Shown: one piece after another, positions 29,582 to 40,619 of the stretch
Numbering within the stretch: the stretch's first letter is position 1
How the letters are laid out: each line of letters starts with the position of its first letter
Source: Bacillota bacterium
GTDB lineage: Bacteria > Bacillota > Dehalobacteriia > UBA4068 > UBA4997
Length of the DNA stretch: 64,000 nucleotides
Reading direction: 5' to 3'
Assembly (NCBI GenBank): GCA_021769035.1
Contig: JAETTP010000004.1
Location: forward strand, 10-64,009
The notes under the pieces: generated by a model
What the model saw: only the letters and a program-made list of their open reading frames with translations
Database searches by the model: none
Told to the model about the DNA's origin: nothing
Position numbers and translations under genes: made by a program

Positions 29582-30274
29582 TCAGTTCACCAGCAGCTCG
29601 TCCAGGGATTCCAAAAGCTCGTCCAGCTCCGCTTGGGAGGCCAACTGATAGCCGCCCTCCGCCAGGCTGGCCAAAAAATCCGGTGGCAGCTCCGCCTCGT
29701 CGGCCTGAATCGGCATTTCCAGCAGCAGGCGGCCCTTGTGCTGCCGTGTGCCCTCAAAAACCGCCAGGCCGCGCTCCGTGCGCTGCACCAGCCGCTGCCC
29801 GGCCTCCTGCGGGCAAAGCTCGTCCCGCTGGCGGCTCAAAGCCAGGGTGTGCTCGCCGGTTTGGGCCACCGCCCAGCCTTGCAGGGCCAGCTCGTCAAAG
29901 GAAACGCCCACCAGCCCACATTCCGCCGCGGAGAACTCACTCTCCACCGCGTGGCCGCACAGGGTGTAAAGCTCGCTGAAGCTGAGCTGCGCCTGCGGCG
30001 AAACGGTCTTCACCGCCACCTCCATATTCACCACCGGCGTGCCGGCCACCTGATAGGGCTTATCCGCGCCTGCGCCGCTGCCGGCCAGGGCAAAATAAAT
30101 ATAGGAAGCCGATGCGGTGAAAACAAAAACCAGCACCAGAGAAAACACAAACCAAAAACGACGCATTGCCGAGCGTTCCATTCTCGCCTTTTCCATAGGA
30201 CAAAACCTCCAGACGCCCTGCCAAAGCGCGCCCAAAGCGCCTGACAGGGCTTTTTGTCTGTAAGTTTTCCCCAA
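29582..30274 (-). CDS. Hypothetical membrane-anchored protein
   Basis: Single N-terminal TM helix (FWFVFSLVLVFVFTA) followed by a soluble acidic domain. No assignable family. Confidence 0.45.
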   Translation of the reverse strand: MGKTYRQKALSGALGALWQGVWRFCPMEKARMERSAMRRFWFVFSLVLVFVFTASASYIYFALAGSGAGADKPYQVAGTPVVNMEVAVKTVSPQAQLSFSELYTLCGHAVESEFSAAECGLVGVSFDELALQGWAVAQTGEHTLALSRQRDELCPQEAGQRLVQRTERGLAVFEGTRQHKGRLLLEMPIQADEAELPPDFLASLAEGGYQLASQAELDELLESLDELLVN

Positions 30275-30375
30275 AAGCCGGCCTGCTATACCTTTTAGAC
30301 CGTAATTATATTATACAGGCCGGAGGGGCGGGCTGTCAAATGTTTTTGCGCCGGCCCGGCAATTTTTTATTACGC

Positions 30376-31206
30376 TCACAAATTCACCGGCACGTCGTCC
30401 GCCAGCAGGGCCAAATTTTCCGGCAGCTCCTCCGCCTCCTGGCGCTGGCGGCGCGCCTCCTGCCGGGCCTCGTTAATATGCTGCAAAACGCCGCGCCCCA
30501 AGCGCTGAGTGCCGCCCACCGTCTGCTGCCAAAGGCCGGCTGCCCGCTCCTTGGCCGCTGCAAAATTCACCTGCAAAACGCTGGCCGTCACCTGCAAATG
30601 CTCCAGGCAGGCGCGCTCCACCACCACGGCCTCGGCCCCAATGGTGATGATAAAGCTGGCCGGCACGCTGGTGTGCCCGGCCCAAAGACCGCTCAGCGGG
30701 CCGCCGGCGATGTCCAGCCGGCTGATTCGGCCGGATTCCCGCTCCAGATAGAACCGCTCCACCTTGCCCAACAAATGGCCGTCGTCGCTAATAATCCGGC
30801 TGCCCACCAAACTGCAAGGCTTGTGCATATTCTCTACAATCCGCGGCAGATTGACCGCCCGCTGCGCCGATTGCTTTTCATCAATATTGATAACGTCCTC
30901 GCCAATGCTGCGGATTTTGGCCGCCGGAATAACCCGCACGTCGTGATACCAGCCGCGCTTATCCACAGCCAAAGCCAGCAGGCATTTTTCCACCGGGTCG
31001 ATAATAATATTCTTCACCACCCCAATGGCCTCCGCCTCATTAATGCTGAAAACCGGCATATCCAGCAGATACATTGCATTAACCTCATTGGTCTCCTGCA
31101 TTTTGGCCTCTTTATTTTCAAGGTTCAACATTGCCAACACCCCTTTTTTGCACTTTGCTTTATAATTTGTATGCCGCGGGCCGCCCGATATTCTAAAAAA
31201 CCGCAA
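30376..31206 (-). CDS. PRC-barrel domain protein (tandem PRC domains, YlmC/YmxH-like)
   Basis: Two repeats of the PRC-barrel pattern (G..IG.V.......G....L.V). Confidence 0.6.
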   Translation of the reverse strand: MRFFRISGGPRHTNYKAKCKKGVLAMLNLENKEAKMQETNEVNAMYLLDMPVFSINEAEAIGVVKNIIIDPVEKCLLALAVDKRGWYHDVRVIPAAKIRSIGEDVINIDEKQSAQRAVNLPRIVENMHKPCSLVGSRIISDDGHLLGKVERFYLERESGRISRLDIAGGPLSGLWAGHTSVPASFIITIGAEAVVVERACLEHLQVTASVLQVNFAAAKERAAGLWQQTVGGTQRLGRGVLQHINEARQEARRQRQEAEELPENLALLADDVPVNL

Positions 31207-31368
31207 ATTTTTTTGCTAATTACAGCGGCGTTTTCAAAATTGAACGCCGCTGTAAATTGTTCCTAAAAAAAAGCCGTTTGGCTCTTTATCTGGCGGCCAA
31301 TTTGTGTTAAACTATAAGTTACGGATATTTTTACAGCTATTTTTTCATATATAACAAGGAGAAGTAAA

Positions 31369-31974
31369 ATGAAGCTAATCGTCGGCCTGGGCAACCCGGG
31401 CGCGGAATACCAAAACACCAGGCACAACCTGGGCTTTATCACCGTTGATTATCTGGCCGAGCAGTTGGGGGCGCAGTTTGGCAAAAGCAAGTTTTTCGGC
31501 CTGCTGGCGGAGGCCCGCCACCAGGGAGAAAAACTGCTGCTGCTGAAGCCGCAAACCTTTATGAACCGCAGCGGCCAGGCGGTGCGGGCCGCCGCGGATT
31601 TTTATAAAATCCCCCATGAGGATATTCTGATTATTTTTGACGATATGGACCTGCCCTGCGGCCAGCTGCGCCTGCGCCAGCGCGGTTCCGCCGGCGGCCA
31701 CAATGGCATTAAGGATATTATCGCCCAGTTGGGCAACGATAACCAGCTGAGCCGCTGCAAAATCGGCATTAACCACCCTCTCTACGGCGACACCGTCAAT
31801 TACGTGCTGGGCAGCTTCAGCGAAGAGGAAAAGCAGCTGCTGCGCCCGGCGGTTAAGGAAGCCGCCGCGGCCGCCCTCTGCTGGGCGGAGCGGGGAATCA
31901 CCGCCGCTATGAATGAGTACAACGGAGCCGGCGCGGCCAACAAAGCCGAAAAGCCAGCCAAAACCAACGCTTAA
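31369..31974 (+). CDS. pth: Peptidyl-tRNA hydrolase
   Basis: MKLIVGLGNPG...TRHN(L)GF signature. Confidence 0.9.
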   Translation: MKLIVGLGNPGAEYQNTRHNLGFITVDYLAEQLGAQFGKSKFFGLLAEARHQGEKLLLLKPQTFMNRSGQAVRAAADFYKIPHEDILIIFDDMDLPCGQLRLRQRGSAGGHNGIKDIIAQLGNDNQLSRCKIGINHPLYGDTVNYVLGSFSEEEKQLLRPAVKEAAAAALCWAERGITAAMNEYNGAGAANKAEKPAKTNA

Positions 31975-32014
31975 ATGCCAACTTAAATGCAAAAATGAGA
32001 GATAAGGAGCAGCA

Positions 32015-35000
32015 ATGTTACAGCAGGAACTACTAAACGTCCTCCAGCAGGACGGCAGGCTGGCCAGCCTGTTTGACTATCGCAGCAGCCGGGCCCCCTT
32101 TGCTATCGGCCTGCCGCCGGCTATGCAGGCCGCGGCGGCGGCCAGCCTTTTTAAGCGCAGCGGACGCAGCTTTTGTATCCTCACGCCGGACACCGAAAAA
32201 GCAGCGGATTGCCTGCAAAATCTGAAAGCCCTGCTGCCGGACGACAGCATTTTTTTGCTGCCGCCGTTGGAGATTTCTCCGCTGACGGATTTTCAGCCGG
32301 AAGCCGAAGTGACGGCCGCCCGCCTGCAAGCCCTGACGGCTCTGGTTAAGGCGGATCCCTGCCTAGTCGTCACGCCGGCGGAGGCCCTTTTGGGCAAATT
32401 TCAGCGCAAGGAGGCCTTTTGCCGGGAGCGGTTGGAGCTTCGCCCCGGCAGCCAGCTGGAAATTGAGGACCTAGCCCGCCGCCTGGTAAGCCTGGGCTAC
32501 CAGCGCGAGGCAATGATTGACGCACCCGGCACTTTTGCCTGCCGCGGCGGCATTGCGGATATTTTCCCCGTCGGCTGGGCCCGGCCGGTGCGCCTGGATT
32601 TTTTTGATAGAGAAATTGAAACTATCCGCTATTTCGACCCGGACACCCAACGCTCCGCCGAACCCTGCCCGCAAGCCTTGGAGCTCTACCCCTGCCAATA
32701 CGGCGTGATGCAGGACGGCGAATTTCTGCTCTCCTACCTGCCGCCGGACGCGCCCCTGCTGCTGCTGGAGCCGGCCCTCTGCGAGCAGGCCCTCTGGGAC
32801 GCGGAAAAGGAACGCCAGCTTTATTTTGACGATCTGCTGGAGGCCCGCCGGCTGACTAAACAGCAGCTTGGCGGCATTTTGGGCAATTACCTGCCCGCGG
32901 AACGAGTGCTGGAGGAGCTTAACCGCCGCCCGCACACCGGCTTTGCCGCCCTACCCCAGCGTTCAGCTATCAGCCAACAGCAGCATATTGAGCTGAGGGC
33001 CGAGGAGCCGCCCGCCTACACCGGCCAGCTGCCGCTCTTCGCCCAGGATTTGCAAAATTGGCGCCAGGCCGGCTGGCACCTCTTTTTTGCAGCCAGCTCC
33101 AAGGTGCGGGCGGAACGCCTGCGGGCCATCATGACCGAATACGACTATCCCCAGGCCAACATTGGCGTTTGCGGCCTGAACGGCGGTTTTGTCTACCCAG
33201 CCGGCAAGCTGGCCGTCCTCACGGAAAAGGAGCTGCTGGGCCGGGCGGCCAAGGCCAAACGCCGGCCGGCGGCCGGCAAGGAAGCCGACCTGAACACATT
33301 TGTGGAGCTCAAGCCCGGCGATTACATCGTGCACACCAACCACGGTATCGGCCTGTTCACCGGCATTGAAAGGGTGACGGCCGACGGAGTGACGGCGGAT
33401 TATCTGAAAATTGAATATGCCGCCGGTGACAAGCTGTTTATCCCGGCCGAGCAAATGCACCTGGTGCAGAAATATATCGGCAGCAACGCCACCGCCCCCA
33501 AGCTGGACCGCCTGGGCAGCAACCGCTGGGAGCGGGCCAAAGCCAAGGTGCGGGCCTCCGTGCAGGATATGGCTGAGGAACTGCTGCGCCTTTACGCCCT
33601 GCGCGAGCAGGCCCAGGGCTTCGCCTTTTCCCCGGACACCAACTGGCAGCGCGAATTTGAAGACGCCTTTGAATTTGAGGAAACCCCCGGCCAGCTGCAA
33701 GCCCTGGCCGACATCAAACGGGATATGGAAAGCAGCCGGCCAATGGATCGCCTGCTGTGCGGCGACGTGGGCTACGGTAAAACGGAGCTGGCTATGCGGG
33801 CCGCCTTTAAGGCCCTGCAAGACGGCAAGCAGGTGGCGGTGCTGGCCCCCACCACCCTGTTAGCGGAGCAGCATTTCAACACATTCAGCCGGCGCTTTGC
33901 GGATTACCCCATCAAAATCGGCCTGCTGAGCCGCTTTGTCACCGGCAAAAAACAAAAGGGAGTGCTGGCGGAGGCCGCCGCCGGCCAGCTGGATATTTTA
34001 ATCGGCACCCACCGCTTGCTCTCCCAAGACGTGAAATTCGCCGACCTGGGCCTGCTGATTGTCGACGAGGAGCAACGCTTCGGCGTGGCGCACAAGGAGC
34101 GGATTAAGCAAATGCGCGGCTCTATCGACGTGCTAACCCTCTCCGCCACCCCAATCCCCCGCACTCTGCATATGTCGTTGGTAGGTATGCGGGATATGAG
34201 CGTGATCAGCACGCCGCCCAAAAACCGCCTGCCGGTGCAAACGTTTGTCACCGAGCATCACCCACGCCTGCTGAAAAATGCTATTGAGCGGGAACTGGCC
34301 CGCCAAGGCCAGGTGTATTATATCTTCAACAGCGTGCAGCATATTGAGGAAAAGCTGGCCCAGCTGCAACAGCTGGTGCCGCAGGCGCGGATTTTGGTAG
34401 CCCACGGCCAGATGACGGAAAGCCAGCTAAACCCGGTGATGACGGCCTTTTTGGCCGGCGAGGGCGATATACTGCTTTGCACCACCATTGCCGAGGCCGG
34501 GCTGGACATACCCAACGTCAACACGCTGATTGTGGAGAACGCCGAGAACTTCGGCCTCTCCCAGCTTTATCAGCTGCGCGGCCGCGTGGGCCGCTCCACC
34601 CGCCAGGCCTTTGCCTATTTCACCTATCGGCCGGATAAAATGCTGGCCGACGACGCGCGTAAACGGCTGGCCGCTATCCGTGATTTTACCCAGCTGGGTG
34701 CCGGCTTCAAAATCGCTATGCGGGATTTGGAAATCCGCGGCGCGGGCAATCTGCTGGGACCGGAGCAGCACGGCCACATTGCCGCCGTCGGTTTCGACCT
34801 CTACTGCCGCCTGGTGAACGAGGCCATTGAAAAAGGCCTGAACGGCGACGCTGCCACGGCCGCAGAGACCGCCGCGGAAAGCAACCGGGAATTGAAGCTG
34901 GATTTGGGCATTAGCGCCTACATTCCGGAAAGCTATATCCCGGAAACCAACCTAAAATTTGAGGTTTACAATCGTATTTCCGCCTGCCGCACGATCACGG

Positions 35001-35344
35001 AGGAGGTTCTGCTGCAAAACGAGCTGCAAGACCGCTTCGGCCAGCCGCCACGGCCGGTTTACAATCTGTTTGAAATTTTGCATATCCGCAACCAAGCGCA
35101 GGCCCTGGGCCTGCTGGCCCTGCTGGCGCCCCACCAGCTGCTGACCCTGAACTTTGGCGAGCATAACCCCCTAAGCGGGCCGGCGATGGTTCAGCTCAGC
35201 CAGGAATACAACCGCCGCCTGAAATTCAGCAGCCAAAAACAGCTGCTAATCAAGCTGCAACTGCAACAGCAGGACGACGAGCCACGCCTGAAGGAAATTT
35301 CCGCCTTTTTGAACAAACTGCTTGCATTAACTGGCAAAAAATAG
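32015..35344 (+). CDS. mfd: Transcription-repair coupling factor
   Basis: 1109 aa with a UvrB-homology N-terminus and superfamily-2 helicase motifs ([25 protein letters not shown]). Confidence 0.95.
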   Translation: MLQQELLNVLQQDGRLASLFDYRSSRAPFAIGLPPAMQAAAAASLFKRSGRSFCILTPDTEKAADCLQNLKALLPDDSIFLLPPLEISPLTDFQPEAEVTAARLQALTALVKADPCLVVTPAEALLGKFQRKEAFCRERLELRPGSQLEIEDLARRLVSLGYQREAMIDAPGTFACRGGIADIFPVGWARPVRLDFFDREIETIRYFDPDTQRSAEPCPQALELYPCQYGVMQDGEFLLSYLPPDAPLLLLEPALCEQALWDAEKERQLYFDDLLEARRLTKQQLGGILGNYLPAERVLEELNRRPHTGFAALPQRSAISQQQHIELRAEEPPAYTGQLPLFAQDLQNWRQAGWHLFFAASSKVRAERLRAIMTEYDYPQANIGVCGLNGGFVYPAGKLAVLTEKELLGRAAKAKRRPAAGKEADLNTFVELKPGDYIVHTNHGIGLFTGIERVTADGVTADYLKIEYAAGDKLFIPAEQMHLVQKYIGSNATAPKLDRLGSNRWERAKAKVRASVQDMAEELLRLYALREQAQGFAFSPDTNWQREFEDAFEFEETPGQLQALADIKRDMESSRPMDRLLCGDVGYGKTELAMRAAFKALQDGKQVAVLAPTTLLAEQHFNTFSRRFADYPIKIGLLSRFVTGKKQKGVLAEAAAGQLDILIGTHRLLSQDVKFADLGLLIVDEEQRFGVAHKERIKQMRGSIDVLTLSATPIPRTLHMSLVGMRDMSVISTPPKNRLPVQTFVTEHHPRLLKNAIERELARQGQVYYIFNSVQHIEEKLAQLQQLVPQARILVAHGQMTESQLNPVMTAFLAGEGDILLCTTIAEAGLDIPNVNTLIVENAENFGLSQLYQLRGRVGRSTRQAFAYFTYRPDKMLADDARKRLAAIRDFTQLGAGFKIAMRDLEIRGAGNLLGPEQHGHIAAVGFDLYCRLVNEAIEKGLNGDAATAAETAAESNRELKLDLGISAYIPESYIPETNLKFEVYNRISACRTITEEVLLQNELQDRFGQPPRPVYNLFEILHIRNQAQALGLLALLAPHQLLTLNFGEHNPLSGPAMVQLSQEYNRRLKFSSQKQLLIKLQLQQQDDEPRLKEISAFLNKLLALTGKK

Positions 35345-35416
35345 TACAATTATATAGTCTAAGTAAATTGGACATTAATATTATTAAATTCAGATAGTTA
35401 TAGGAGGTATTGAATT

Positions 35417-36511
35417 TTGAAATTTAACCTGAATTTAAAATGGCCCGCCGTCGGCCGTAAAACTGCGACGGCTCTGTGTGCCCTGCTCTGCCTGCTGTTG
35501 GCGCTGACTTTGGCCGGCTGCACCGGCAAGGCGGAAAAGCCGGCGATGGTGGTAAACGACGTAGCCGTGCCCCAGGGCGTGCTGAACTACTATATCAATT
35601 ACGGCAAGGATTATCTGGCCAGCTACGGCATTGATATTAACGATGCGGAAACCGGAGCGCAGTATATGAGCCTGATTGAGGAGCAGGGCGTGGATATTGT
35701 CACCGAGATTGCCGTGGTGCGCTCGCTGGCTAAGGAGGCCGGCCTGACCGTTGCACCGGAGCAGGTGACGGAAAACCTGCAAACGGAAAAAAGCTACTTC
35801 ACCGACGACGCAGCCTGGCAGGAATGGCTGACCACCTACCAGCTGACCGAGGACGATGTGAAGTGGATTTTGGAATATCAGCTGCTATCCGACGCCCTTT
35901 TTGACTACGTCAATCAGGATTTGACAATGACCGACGAGGAAGTGGCTGCTATTTACAACGCCGCCCCCGCCGACTACGACACCTATCGCTTTGGCCACAT
36001 TTTGATTACCCCGGACGGTGACGACGACGCAGCCTGGGCTGCCGCGCTGCAAACCGCCAACGAGGCCCTGGCCAAAATCAACGACGGCTCCGCCACCTTT
36101 GAGGAATTGGCCGCGCAGTACAACCCCGATAGCACCCAGGCCACCGGCGGCGATTTGGGGCAGTATGTCAGCCAAAACGCCAGCCCCTACGTTGAAGAAT
36201 TTTCCCAGGCGGCCTTTGCCCTGAACGAGATAGGCCAAGTTTCCGCCGCGCCGGTACGCAGCAGCTTCGGCTATCATCTGATTAAGCTGCTGGATAAAAA
36301 AAGCGGCCTGGAAAACGCCCGCGACGCAATCATTGATGCGCAGCTGGGCGAGGCCCGCACCGCTAAATATAACGACTACCTGAACGAAGCGGTGGCCAAC
36401 GCCGTGGTTTCCCAGGAATATCAGCGTCAGTATGTAGTGGAGAACAATGCCGAAAATGGCCAAAACGGTGAAAACGATACCAACACCACAAACACCACCG
36501 ACAACAACTAA
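35417..36511 (+). CDS. Parvulin-type peptidyl-prolyl isomerase lipoprotein (PrsA/foldase-like)
   Basis: Lipobox LAGC plus the parvulin core (FGYHLIKL). Confidence 0.8.
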   Translation: MKFNLNLKWPAVGRKTATALCALLCLLLALTLAGCTGKAEKPAMVVNDVAVPQGVLNYYINYGKDYLASYGIDINDAETGAQYMSLIEEQGVDIVTEIAVVRSLAKEAGLTVAPEQVTENLQTEKSYFTDDAAWQEWLTTYQLTEDDVKWILEYQLLSDALFDYVNQDLTMTDEEVAAIYNAAPADYDTYRFGHILITPDGDDDAAWAAALQTANEALAKINDGSATFEELAAQYNPDSTQATGGDLGQYVSQNASPYVEEFSQAAFALNEIGQVSAAPVRSSFGYHLIKLLDKKSGLENARDAIIDAQLGEARTAKYNDYLNEAVANAVVSQEYQRQYVVENNAENGQNGENDTNTTNTTDNN

Positions 36512-36705
36512 ATAAACCAAAATAAACCTAAGGCGTTTCCAAGACATATATCTTTGATGTGTTTATTATGGAAGAATCTGCAAATATTAGCATAAACAAG
36601 CAGATAATCTATTTTAAATCATTTTAATAATTCCAAAATCCTTAATACCCAGTTAATCTAACAGGTATAAAATATTTTCATAAAAAATAATAAGGAGCCA
36701 GGCCT

Positions 36706-37377
36706 ATGTTTAATATTTTAGTTGTAGAAGACGACGCCGCCTTGCGCAAAATGATGCAGAGCGTTTTGCAGCGCAACGGCTACCGCACGCTGCTGGCGGA
36801 GGACGGCGAGGCTGCGCTGGCCGTGCTGGAGCGCGAGCAGGCGGATTTAATCATCACTGATATTATGATGCCAAATATGGACGGCTACGAGCTGACCGAG
36901 CTCCTGCGCCAAAGCAATTACAACATGCCCATTTTAATGGTAACAGTTAAGGAGAGCTACACCGACAAGCACCGGGGTTTCTCCGCCGGCATTGACGATT
37001 ATATGGTGAAGCCCATTGACATCAATGAGATGATTTTGCGGGTGCGGGCCTTGCTGCGCCGGGCCCAGATTGCCAACGAGCACCGTTTGCAGGTGGGCGC
37101 CACCCTGCTGGATTGGGACGCGCTGCAAGTCACCTTTAACGGACAGGAACTTTCCCTGCCGCAAAAGGAATTTTACCTGCTTTTCACGCTGCTCTCCTAT
37201 CAGGGCAAAATCTTCACCCGCCAACAGCTGCTGGACGAAATTTGGGGTATGGACACCGAAAGCGACGAGCGCACCGTGGACGTGCACATCAACCGCCTGC
37301 GCGATCGCTTCAAAAACAATCAGGATTTTGAGATTGTCACCGTGCGAGGCCTGGGCTACAAGGCGGTGACCAAGTGA
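36706..37377 (+). CDS. OmpR-family response regulator
   Basis: Receiver domain (D..D, MPNMDGYEL) plus a winged-helix output domain. Confidence 0.9.
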   Translation: MFNILVVEDDAALRKMMQSVLQRNGYRTLLAEDGEAALAVLEREQADLIITDIMMPNMDGYELTELLRQSNYNMPILMVTVKESYTDKHRGFSAGIDDYMVKPIDINEMILRVRALLRRAQIANEHRLQVGATLLDWDALQVTFNGQELSLPQKEFYLLFTLLSYQGKIFTRQQLLDEIWGMDTESDERTVDVHINRLRDRFKNNQDFEIVTVRGLGYKAVTK

Positions 37378-38510
37378 AACGGCGTTTAACCAACCGCGAC
37401 CTGCACCGTCAACCAGGCCTTTTGCGCTTTTCCCGTCTGAGCATCACCTTGCGCTTTTGCGCCTTTATTATGCTGACTATCTTCTGCGTACATCTCATCG
37501 TGTTCTGCCTGATGAATTTGGCCGCAGTCAACAACTGGCTACATTCCGACAACCAGATTATGCTGGTGACGGCTCTGCTAATGCTGATAAGCTGCCTGCT
37601 TACCGGTCTATTTTTCACCAACGTTTTTTACAAAATGATATTTCAGCCGTTGCAAAACCTGATGCACGCAATCCACGAGGTTGGACACGGCAATTTTCAG
37701 GTACGTCTGAACAGCGACGACCCACACGAGATTGGCTTTTTAGCCAGTGCCTTCAACCAGATGATTGAACAGCTGGGCGAGTTGGAAACCCTGCGCAGCG
37801 ATTTTATCGCCAACGTTTCCCACGAGTTCAAAACGCCGCTGGCCGCCATTCAGGGCTGCGCCGCCCTGCTCCAGGACGACACCCTCTCCCCCGCGGAACG
37901 CCGCCAATATGTTGACCTAATCTACAACTCCGCCAAACGGCTTTCCGTGCTCTCCACCAACATTCTGGAGCTTTCCCGGCTGGAACATAGCAAGGTGGAG
38001 GTGAAACGCACCAGCTTCTCGTTGGACGAACAACTGCGCCAGGCCTTGCTGGTGCTGCAAAGCGACTGGCAGCAAAAGGATATTGAGCTGGATTTGGATT
38101 TGCAGGAGCTGATTTACTACGGCAGCGATGAGCTTTTAATGCAGGTTTGGCTAAATTTGTTAGGCAACGCCATCAAATTTAGCCCGGAGGGCGGCAAGGT
38201 GACGGTGCTGTTGGAAAAACTGCCCGCCGCTGTGGCTGTGACCGTGCAGGACGAGGGCATTGGCATTAACGAGGCCGCCCAACACCGCATTTTTGATAAG
38301 TTTTACCAGGTGGACACTGCTCACAAAACCGAGGGCAACGGCCTGGGCCTGGCAATGGTGAAGCGAATTTTGGATTTGCTGCAAGCAGACATTGAAGTGG
38401 AAAGCCAACCAGGCCAAGGCGCAACTTTCACCGTTTATCTGCCGCTGACAGCTGCGCCCAAGGAGCCCAAGGACAACGGCGCGGCAGCTAAAAACAGCCC
38501 TCAAAAATAA
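37374..38510 (+). CDS. Sensor histidine kinase
   Basis: Two TM helices, HAMP, H-box (SHEFKTPL) and an HATPase_c domain (GxGLGL). Confidence 0.9.
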   Translation: MKRRLTNRDLHRQPGLLRFSRLSITLRFCAFIMLTIFCVHLIVFCLMNLAAVNNWLHSDNQIMLVTALLMLISCLLTGLFFTNVFYKMIFQPLQNLMHAIHEVGHGNFQVRLNSDDPHEIGFLASAFNQMIEQLGELETLRSDFIANVSHEFKTPLAAIQGCAALLQDDTLSPAERRQYVDLIYNSAKRLSVLSTNILELSRLEHSKVEVKRTSFSLDEQLRQALLVLQSDWQQKDIELDLDLQELIYYGSDELLMQVWLNLLGNAIKFSPEGGKVTVLLEKLPAAVAVTVQDEGIGINEAAQHRIFDKFYQVDTAHKTEGNGLGLAMVKRILDLLQADIEVESQPGQGATFTVYLPLTAAPKEPKDNGAAAKNSPQK

Positions 38511-38707
38511 AACAACTCTTCAAATTTAACATCTAAAGCAATGCAAAGGACTAAAGCCAGTTTGGCCGTTGGGTTGAACTGCCCGGTTTCAATGGAACTG
38601 ATAGTGTTGCGAGAAACACCCACCAGTTCCGCCAGCTGGGCCTGAGAAAGCTTTTTAGCCTGCCGCATTGCTTTTAAATTGTTTTTTAAAATTAACTTTT
38701 CATTCAT
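38501..38707 (-). CDS. Short XRE-family HTH regulator
   Basis: 68 aa HTH_3 (LSQAQLAELVGVSRNTISSIETGQFNP). Confidence 0.75.
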   Translation of the reverse strand: MNEKLILKNNLKAMRQAKKLSQAQLAELVGVSRNTISSIETGQFNPTAKLALVLCIALDVKFEELFYF

Positions 38708-38742
38708 TTACTCTTTTTTCCTATTATTTTTTTACCAATTTC

Positions 38743-39054
38743 CTACGCCAAAACCTCAACAACGTGGCAAAGCAAAAACAAAACTGCCGCCACACAAGCC
38801 ACAACCGTCGTCACCAGATAGGACTTTTTTCGGGTAAATTTGTATTTGGGATAGGCCTCCGCCCCGGTAAAAATCCACAGCATCGCAAATGGAACATAGT
38901 TGGAAACACCGTTAAACCAGTTAAAAATAACAATCGTCAGCTCCATAATCCCAAACGCGGTGATACCCAGCTGCCGCCCCCGGCTTTCCGCCTCCCGCAA
39001 GCCCTCGTCCACAGCCTCGCTACGACTTATAGCTAAAACTTCTTCTCGATTCAT
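38743..39054 (-). CDS. Small hypothetical membrane protein, upstream partner of the XRE gene
   Basis: Two predicted TM helices. Start taken at MNREEV. Confidence 0.5.
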   Translation of the reverse strand: MNREEVLAISRSEAVDEGLREAESRGRQLGITAFGIMELTIVIFNWFNGVSNYVPFAMLWIFTGAEAYPKYKFTRKKSYLVTTVVACVAAVLFLLCHVVEVLA

Positions 39055-39090
39055 AAAAAATCCTCCCTCTCGCACTATCATCTGTGCAAT

Positions 39091-39152
39091 ATAATAAGCT
39101 TGACAAGTTTTATTGTCAAGCTTATTATACCACTGCCAAGTTTACTTGTCAA
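39091..39152 (-). promoter_or_regulatory. Minus-strand promoter (TTGACA, 17 nt spacer, TATAAT) overlapped by a 38-bp perfect palindrome ATAATAAGCTTGACAAGTTTTATTGTCAAGCTTATTAT
   Basis: Exact 16-nt inverted arms around a 6-nt centre at 39091-39128. The reverse complement of 39124-39129 is TATAAT and that of 39147-39152 is TTGACA. Further TTGTCA half-sites occur up to 39187. Confidence 0.55.
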
Positions 39153-39174
39153 CAGTTTTTGCAAAGTTTTCTTG

Positions 39175-40041
39175 TCATTTTGTCAAGGCGTGCTCAGCGC
39201 AACAAAGGCAATCATCAGCCGGCTGCTTTTTAGCAAGGAATATTTCCCGATAAGCGCCGGGCGTCAGGCCGATAAAACTGCTGAAATAGTTAGTAAAATG
39301 GCTTTGGTCGGCAAAGCCGCAGGACATAGCGGCATGCAAGGGCGAGGCCCCCTGCTGCAACAGCTTTTTGGCTTCATTAATACGCACCGTTTCCAAATAG
39401 CGATAGGGCGTAATCCCTTTGGTTTTAGTAAAAGCGCGCAGCAGGGCCGATTTGCTGAGGCCGGCCGCATTGCAGATTTGGACCAAGCTGAGGCGTTCGG
39501 CAAAATTTTGCTCCATAAAGCGACAGGCCAGCTCAATCTCCCGGCGGCATTCCGGCAAGTATTCCGCAAAGGACTGGCCGCAGCTTTTGATAAGCGCCCC
39601 TAGCAAAAACAGCAACGCCTCTTCCTTGCCGAAGCCACTGCAACCCGCCATCACCTGCCGGTGCAGCCGGCGCAGATAGAGGCTGATTTCCTTGTCATAA
39701 AGCACATTTTCGGCAAAGGCAGGCAAGGCCGGGCTGCCAGTCAGCTCGCAAACCCACTTCCGCATAGCCTCCTGGCTGATATTAAAGCTTCGATAATCTA
39801 AAAACTGCTCGTCCAGTTGGGTGCAGGAATGATTGTCACCCGGATTGAACAGCACCAGACTACCCGGCTCCAAAACATACTCCTGCCGTCGACAGCAAAG
39901 CAGTCTACGGCCGGCCTCCACAAAACCGACCACATAATACTCGTGAAAATGATTGGGAAAGGGCTGCGTCACCCCTGCCAAACGATAGGCCTCAATTTGC
40001 AGCTGCTCGTCCCAAACCACAGTCCGCGTTTCTTTTTTCAT
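39175..40041 (-). CDS. AraC-family regulator with an N-terminal cupin sensor domain
   Basis: Cupin N-terminal domain and a C-terminal AraC HTH (...GLSKSALLRAF...GITPYRY...FADQSHFTNYF). Confidence 0.85.
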   Translation of the reverse strand: MKKETRTVVWDEQLQIEAYRLAGVTQPFPNHFHEYYVVGFVEAGRRLLCCRRQEYVLEPGSLVLFNPGDNHSCTQLDEQFLDYRSFNISQEAMRKWVCELTGSPALPAFAENVLYDKEISLYLRRLHRQVMAGCSGFGKEEALLFLLGALIKSCGQSFAEYLPECRREIELACRFMEQNFAERLSLVQICNAAGLSKSALLRAFTKTKGITPYRYLETVRINEAKKLLQQGASPLHAAMSCGFADQSHFTNYFSSFIGLTPGAYREIFLAKKQPADDCLCCAEHALTK

Positions 40042-40221
40042 CTAAACCGCGCCCCCTTTGCTTTATTTTAACACAGACAGCCGCCAAAAGTATTGTAAAA
40101 TATGCGCAACAAAAATTTTCCCGTTTTTTATGGATAATTTTAACGCAAAGTCTTGACAAACAGCCGCCAATTTGTTATTATAATTTGTGCTACATGGCTT
40201 TTAAGCATTTGCAGCTTTTAT

Positions 40222-40298
40222 GGTGGATATGGCGAAGCGGTTAACGCACCGGATTGTGGCTCCGGCACGCATGGGTTCGATCCCCATTATCCACCCCA
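40222..40298 (+). tRNA. tRNA-His (anticodon GTG)
   Basis: The extra 5-prime G(-1) pairs with C73. Anticodon stem CCGGA/TCCGG with loop TTGTGGC, and a GGTTCGATCC T-arm. Confidence 0.8.
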
Positions 40299-40301
40299 CA
40301 T

Positions 40302-40366
40302 TGGGGCGTAGCCAAGCGGTAAGGCAACGGGTTTTGGCTCCGTCATGCGTAGGTTCGAATCCTGCC
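40302..40366 (+). tRNA. tRNA-Gln (anticodon TTG)
   Basis: 5-prime UGGGG acceptor typical of tRNA-Gln, anticodon loop TTTTGGC and T-arm GGTTCGAATCC. Lies 3 nt after tRNA-His. No CCA is encoded. Confidence 0.75.
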
Positions 40367-40368
40367 GC

Positions 40369-40397
40369 CCCAGCCAAAGGTCGGGCTAAATGCCCGA
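40369..40397 (+). terminator. Rho-independent terminator (GGTCGGGC-TAAAT-GCCCGACC followed by a T-run)
   Basis: A perfect 8-bp GC-rich stem followed by TATTTTT. Confidence 0.6.
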
Positions 40398-40449
40398 CCC
40401 TATTTTTAGGAAAATTTCACAGTTTAAAAAACGCCGCTGTGATTAATCT

Positions 40450-40532
40450 GCGGACGTGGCGGAATTGGCAGACGCACCAGACTTAGGATCTGGCGAGCAA
40501 TCGTGAGGGTTCAAGTCCCTCCGTCCGCACCA
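40450..40532 (+). tRNA. tRNA-Leu (anticodon TAG), class II with a long variable arm
   Basis: Acceptor GCGGACG/CGTCCGC, anticodon stem CCAGA/TCTGG with loop CTTAGGA, a long variable arm and a CCA end. Confidence 0.8.
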
Positions 40533-40619
40533 TTTTTTTCCTGACTTGCCGCAAAAAAAGCAAAAAAACTATTGCAAAAACGGCGGCAAAGTAGTATGAT
40601 AATAAGGTAAGCTTTTTAA

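Noticed and set aside
39091-39128. 38-bp palindrome considered as a rho-independent terminator for the upstream AraC-family gene
   Set aside because: No T-tract follows on either strand, and the palindrome overlaps a consensus -10/-35 promoter. An operator function is the better fit.
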